64,000 nt of DNA from an uncultured Candidatus Rokubacteria bacterium (GTDB taxonomy: Bacteria > Methylomirabilota > Methylomirabilia > Rokubacteriales > CSP1-6). The translations under genes were made by a program, and so were the position numbers. The notes beneath the pieces were generated by a model. The model was not told the DNA's origin and ran no database searches. It worked only from the letters and a program-made list of their open reading frames with translations. The stretch is taken from the NCBI GenBank assembly GCA_963771355.1, contig CAVYTA010000005.1, forward strand, positions 288,001-352,000, in the 5' to 3' direction. Below are positions 61,595-64,000 of the stretch, piece after piece; the first letter of the stretch is position 1; the number at the start of each line of letters is the position of its first letter.

Positions 61595-62023
61595 GTGGCG
61601 CTCACCCGTCTGACGCCCATGCTCCACGTGGCCGACGTGGCGCGGAGCTGGGCGTTCTATCGCGATGCCCTGGGCTTCACGCTGGTGTCGCCGGAGTCCG
61701 CGGTGACGGACTGGGGCTGGGCGCACATCCGCCGCGACGGCGTGGATCTCATGCTGGCCGGTGGGCTGGAGGGGGGCCCCATCCGGCGGCCGGGCGCTAC
61801 TTCCGCGGATTGGCCGGTGATGTTCTACTTCTACCCCGACGACGTCGAGTCGCTGCATCGCGCCCTCGGATCGCGCGGGGTAGAAGTGGGAACCCTGTGC
61901 GTCACCTTCTACCGGATGAAGGAGTTCTCGCTCCTCGATCCCGACGGCCACATGCTGACCTTCGGCCAGAACACTGACGAGCCGCCGACGCCCGAAGAGG
62001 ACGAGGCGCCGCCTAGCCCTTAG
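61595..62023 (+). CDS. VOC/glyoxalase/bleomycin-resistance family protein
   Basis: LTPMLHVADV…FYRDALGF, MKEFSLLDPDGH. Confidence 0.88.
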   Translation: MALTRLTPMLHVADVARSWAFYRDALGFTLVSPESAVTDWGWAHIRRDGVDLMLAGGLEGGPIRRPGATSADWPVMFYFYPDDVESLHRALGSRGVEVGTLCVTFYRMKEFSLLDPDGHMLTFGQNTDEPPTPEEDEAPPSP

Positions 62024-62592
62024 GCTCGCCGCCGCACCGCCATCGTGACCAGACCGAGCCCGAGCAGCACGAGCGTGGCCGGCAGCGGCACCGAGTTGAC
62101 GGTCGGCACCGGGACTACATCCTCCTCGGGACGGTCCTCCACCGTGAGGGTCAGGGTCGCGCCCCCGAAGAAGAAGTCGCCGGTGTCGGCCCCGAGGGTG
62201 ACGAGAAGGAGGTTATCGCTCAGTGCGTCCAGATCGGCCAGCGAGATCACGATGTCGTTCTGCACGTCTCCGTTCACCAGAATATCGTCGACGTCGAGCA
62301 CGAGGTCGATCTTCTCGCTTCCATCCGACCGTCCGAAGTCGTCCCAGACATCGAGCGTCAGCGTGGCGGCGGTGATGATCTCGTCCGCGCCCGGGACACC
62401 CGGGAAATCGAAGCTGAAGGCGTAGGCGGTAAGCGATGCCCCACCCTCGTTGCACGGCGCCGGCGCGTTGGCGCTCAGGCAAATCGGCGCGCCGGGCAGG
62501 GTATATGTAATGGTCGTCGCGCCCGCTCCGGCGGGAATCATCCCGGCCAGGCCGGCGAGCACGACCAGCATTCGACGAAGCACTTTTTGCAT
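62020..62592 (-). CDS. VPLPA-CTERM (PEP-CTERM-like) exosortase-sorted acidic surface protein
   Basis: Signal peptide; C-terminus VPLPA + TM + RRRA. Confidence 0.85.
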   Translation of the reverse strand: MQKVLRRMLVVLAGLAGMIPAGAGATTITYTLPGAPICLSANAPAPCNEGGASLTAYAFSFDFPGVPGADEIITAATLTLDVWDDFGRSDGSEKIDLVLDVDDILVNGDVQNDIVISLADLDALSDNLLLVTLGADTGDFFFGGATLTLTVEDRPEEDVVPVPTVNSVPLPATLVLLGLGLVTMAVRRRA

Positions 62593-62639
62593 GACGTCTC
62601 CCCTTTTTCTTTGGTGGTGACAACTGGCCTGGTAGAGAG

Positions 62640-62695
62640 GCAAGGGCGGTGCCAGAAGCAGGCCGGCGCGAAGCGACTGGCGGAATAGCTACTTG
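62640..62695 (-). promoter_or_regulatory. Sigma54 promoter plus weak IHF-like site
   Basis: Minus strand TGGCAC-CGCCC-TTGC (62654-62640), exact consensus; GAATAGCTACTTG at 62683-62695. Confidence 0.7.
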
Positions 62696-62785
62696 CCGGC
62701 CACGAAAGTCTTGCGCTGAGCTAACCGTCGGAGAGGCCGACAGGGCGGCGCCGTCGGCCCTACCAAGCGTGGAGGGTCGGTCGGC

Positions 62786-63000
62786 TCAGCCGGCGTTGAA
62801 GTCGCGCGCCAGCGCGATCATGCGCGGATCGTCCAGCGAGGGCGCGAACGACGGGTAGAGCTGGGTGCGGTCGTAGAGCCCCGCATACCGCCGCAGGCGG
62901 TGCGCGTCCGGGGATCGAGCAGATCGCGGACAGCGTCGGCGACCAGGTTGAGGGCCAGCACCATCACGAAGATCGCGAAGCCCGGCAGCCCCCGCGGTGG
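62786..63000 (-). pseudogene. Chimeric remnant: ABC permease C-terminus joined to an oxidoreductase C-terminus
   Basis: LPGFAIFVMVLALNLVADAVRDLLDPR, then YAGLYDRTQLYPSFAPSLDDPRM, which is paralogous to 63835-63940. Confidence 0.7.
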
Positions 63001-63094
63001 TGAGGATCTTGGCGCCGACATCCAGACTGAATGCCACCACGACGGGCGAGAGCAAGTGGGGTGATTGAGTGAGTCGCGGACGGCTGCCCAGCGT

Positions 63095-63838
63095 TCAGGC
63101 GCGCGGCTGGGTTGCGAGGAGCCGGCCCCAGCCCGCCACGCGCTCGCCCGCGCCGGCCGCGCGGAGGAGCCACCAGAGCGAGGCGCTCTGGCTCGTGACC
63201 ACCGGCTTGCCCAGGGCGCGCTCCAGCGGCTCGATGGCGTCGGCGGTCGGCAGGCCGGTCCCGCTGATGAGGACGGCCTCGGCGCCGGGCGCGTCAGCGG
63301 CTCGGCCGAGCGCGATCACGCGCTCGGTGGTCTCCTCGTAGATGTTCGCGACGCCGTCCATCCGGCGGTGGTCCACGATCTCGAGCCCCGCCGCCTCCCA
63401 GTAGGCGCGCCCCGCGGTGGCGATCACGTCGGGGTAGGGTGTCCCGAGGGCGACCCGGCGCACGCCGAGGTGCGCGAGCGCGGCCAGGATGGCGCGCGCC
63501 GCGGTGGTGGCGGGGGCGCGGGCCAGGTCGTGGAGCTGCCGGAGCAGCGGGTCCTCCCGCGCGTAGCCGGTGAGATAGCTCACCCCCGTGTGGGCAAGGA
63601 CGAGCGCGGCGAGCCCGACGTCAGCCAGCGTGCGCGCGGCGGCCGGCACGGAGTCGAGATAGCCGAGCGTGCGCTGCTCCATGCCGGCGGGCGCGCCGGG
63701 CGGGCCGTCGCCCACCGACGCCATCCGCGCGAAATGCAGGGTCACCGTTGGCGGCGCCATCCGGTAGAGCTCGGGCTCCACCGTCGGGTTGCCTGAGGGC
63801 ACGAGCACGCCCAGCCGCGCGGCCACGATGCGGCTCAC
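63095..63838 (-). CDS. Asp/Glu racemase / maleate isomerase / arylmalonate decarboxylase family protein, Cys-free
   Basis: LGVLVPSGNPTVEPE, TPY, LERALGKPVVTS; GTGA overlap with the upstream gene. Confidence 0.85.
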   Translation of the reverse strand: MSRIVAARLGVLVPSGNPTVEPELYRMAPPTVTLHFARMASVGDGPPGAPAGMEQRTLGYLDSVPAAARTLADVGLAALVLAHTGVSYLTGYAREDPLLRQLHDLARAPATTAARAILAALAHLGVRRVALGTPYPDVIATAGRAYWEAAGLEIVDHRRMDGVANIYEETTERVIALGRAADAPGAEAVLISGTGLPTADAIEPLERALGKPVVTSQSASLWWLLRAAGAGERVAGWGRLLATQPRA

Positions 63839-64000
63839 CCGTTGAACTCCCGCGCGAGGCGTTGCATCCGCGGGTCGTCCAGGGACGGCGCGAAGGACGG
63901 ATAGAGCTGGGTGCGGTCGTAGAGCCCGGCGAAGCGCTCCCGGATGCGGGCGCCGATCTCCGCCCACGAGCCGATCACCGCAAAGTCCTCGAGCATGGTG
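63835..64000 (-). CDS. C-terminus of a probable LLM/F420-dependent oxidoreductase (truncated by window edge)
   Basis: MLEDFAVIGSWAEIGARIRERFAGLYDRTQLY…NG-stop. Confidence 0.55.
   Translation of the reverse strand, partial: TMLEDFAVIGSWAEIGARIRERFAGLYDRTQLYPSFAPSLDDPRMQRLAREFNG

Overview
High-GC (visually about 70%) bacterial chromosomal window. Its gene content (LLM oxidoreductases, amidohydrolases, peptide ABC transporter, cyclase-AAA-TPR protein) resembles Ca. Rokubacteria/Methylomirabilota; this is inference only. Core metabolic genes occupy both flanks (trpS, gnd, peptide ABC transporter, hydrolases, yciH, FKBP, Fpg). The centre holds a type II secretion operon (gspE-F-G-H-I-J-K-L-M-C-D, 20.1-31.4 kb) converging on a minus-strand accessory block. 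That block contains a repeat-rich subtilisin gene bracketed by a duplicated gspD 3' end, and a six-gene cluster: exported TPR-CHAT caspase-like protease, orphan secreted protein, TpsA, TpsB, CHASE2 class III cyclase with non-canonical base-specificity residues, and DUF928. This cluster is the best candidate for an uncharacterised system. Non-coding highlights: a Trp-Trp leader peptide with a three-hairpin attenuator upstream of trpS; sigma54 promoters with identically spaced IHF-like sites in front of two secreted-protein genes; and a 27-bp motif shared by the subtilisin and CHAT upstream regions. Many single-base frameshifts suggest long-read consensus errors. No rRNA, tRNA, CRISPR array, integrase or transposase was recognised.
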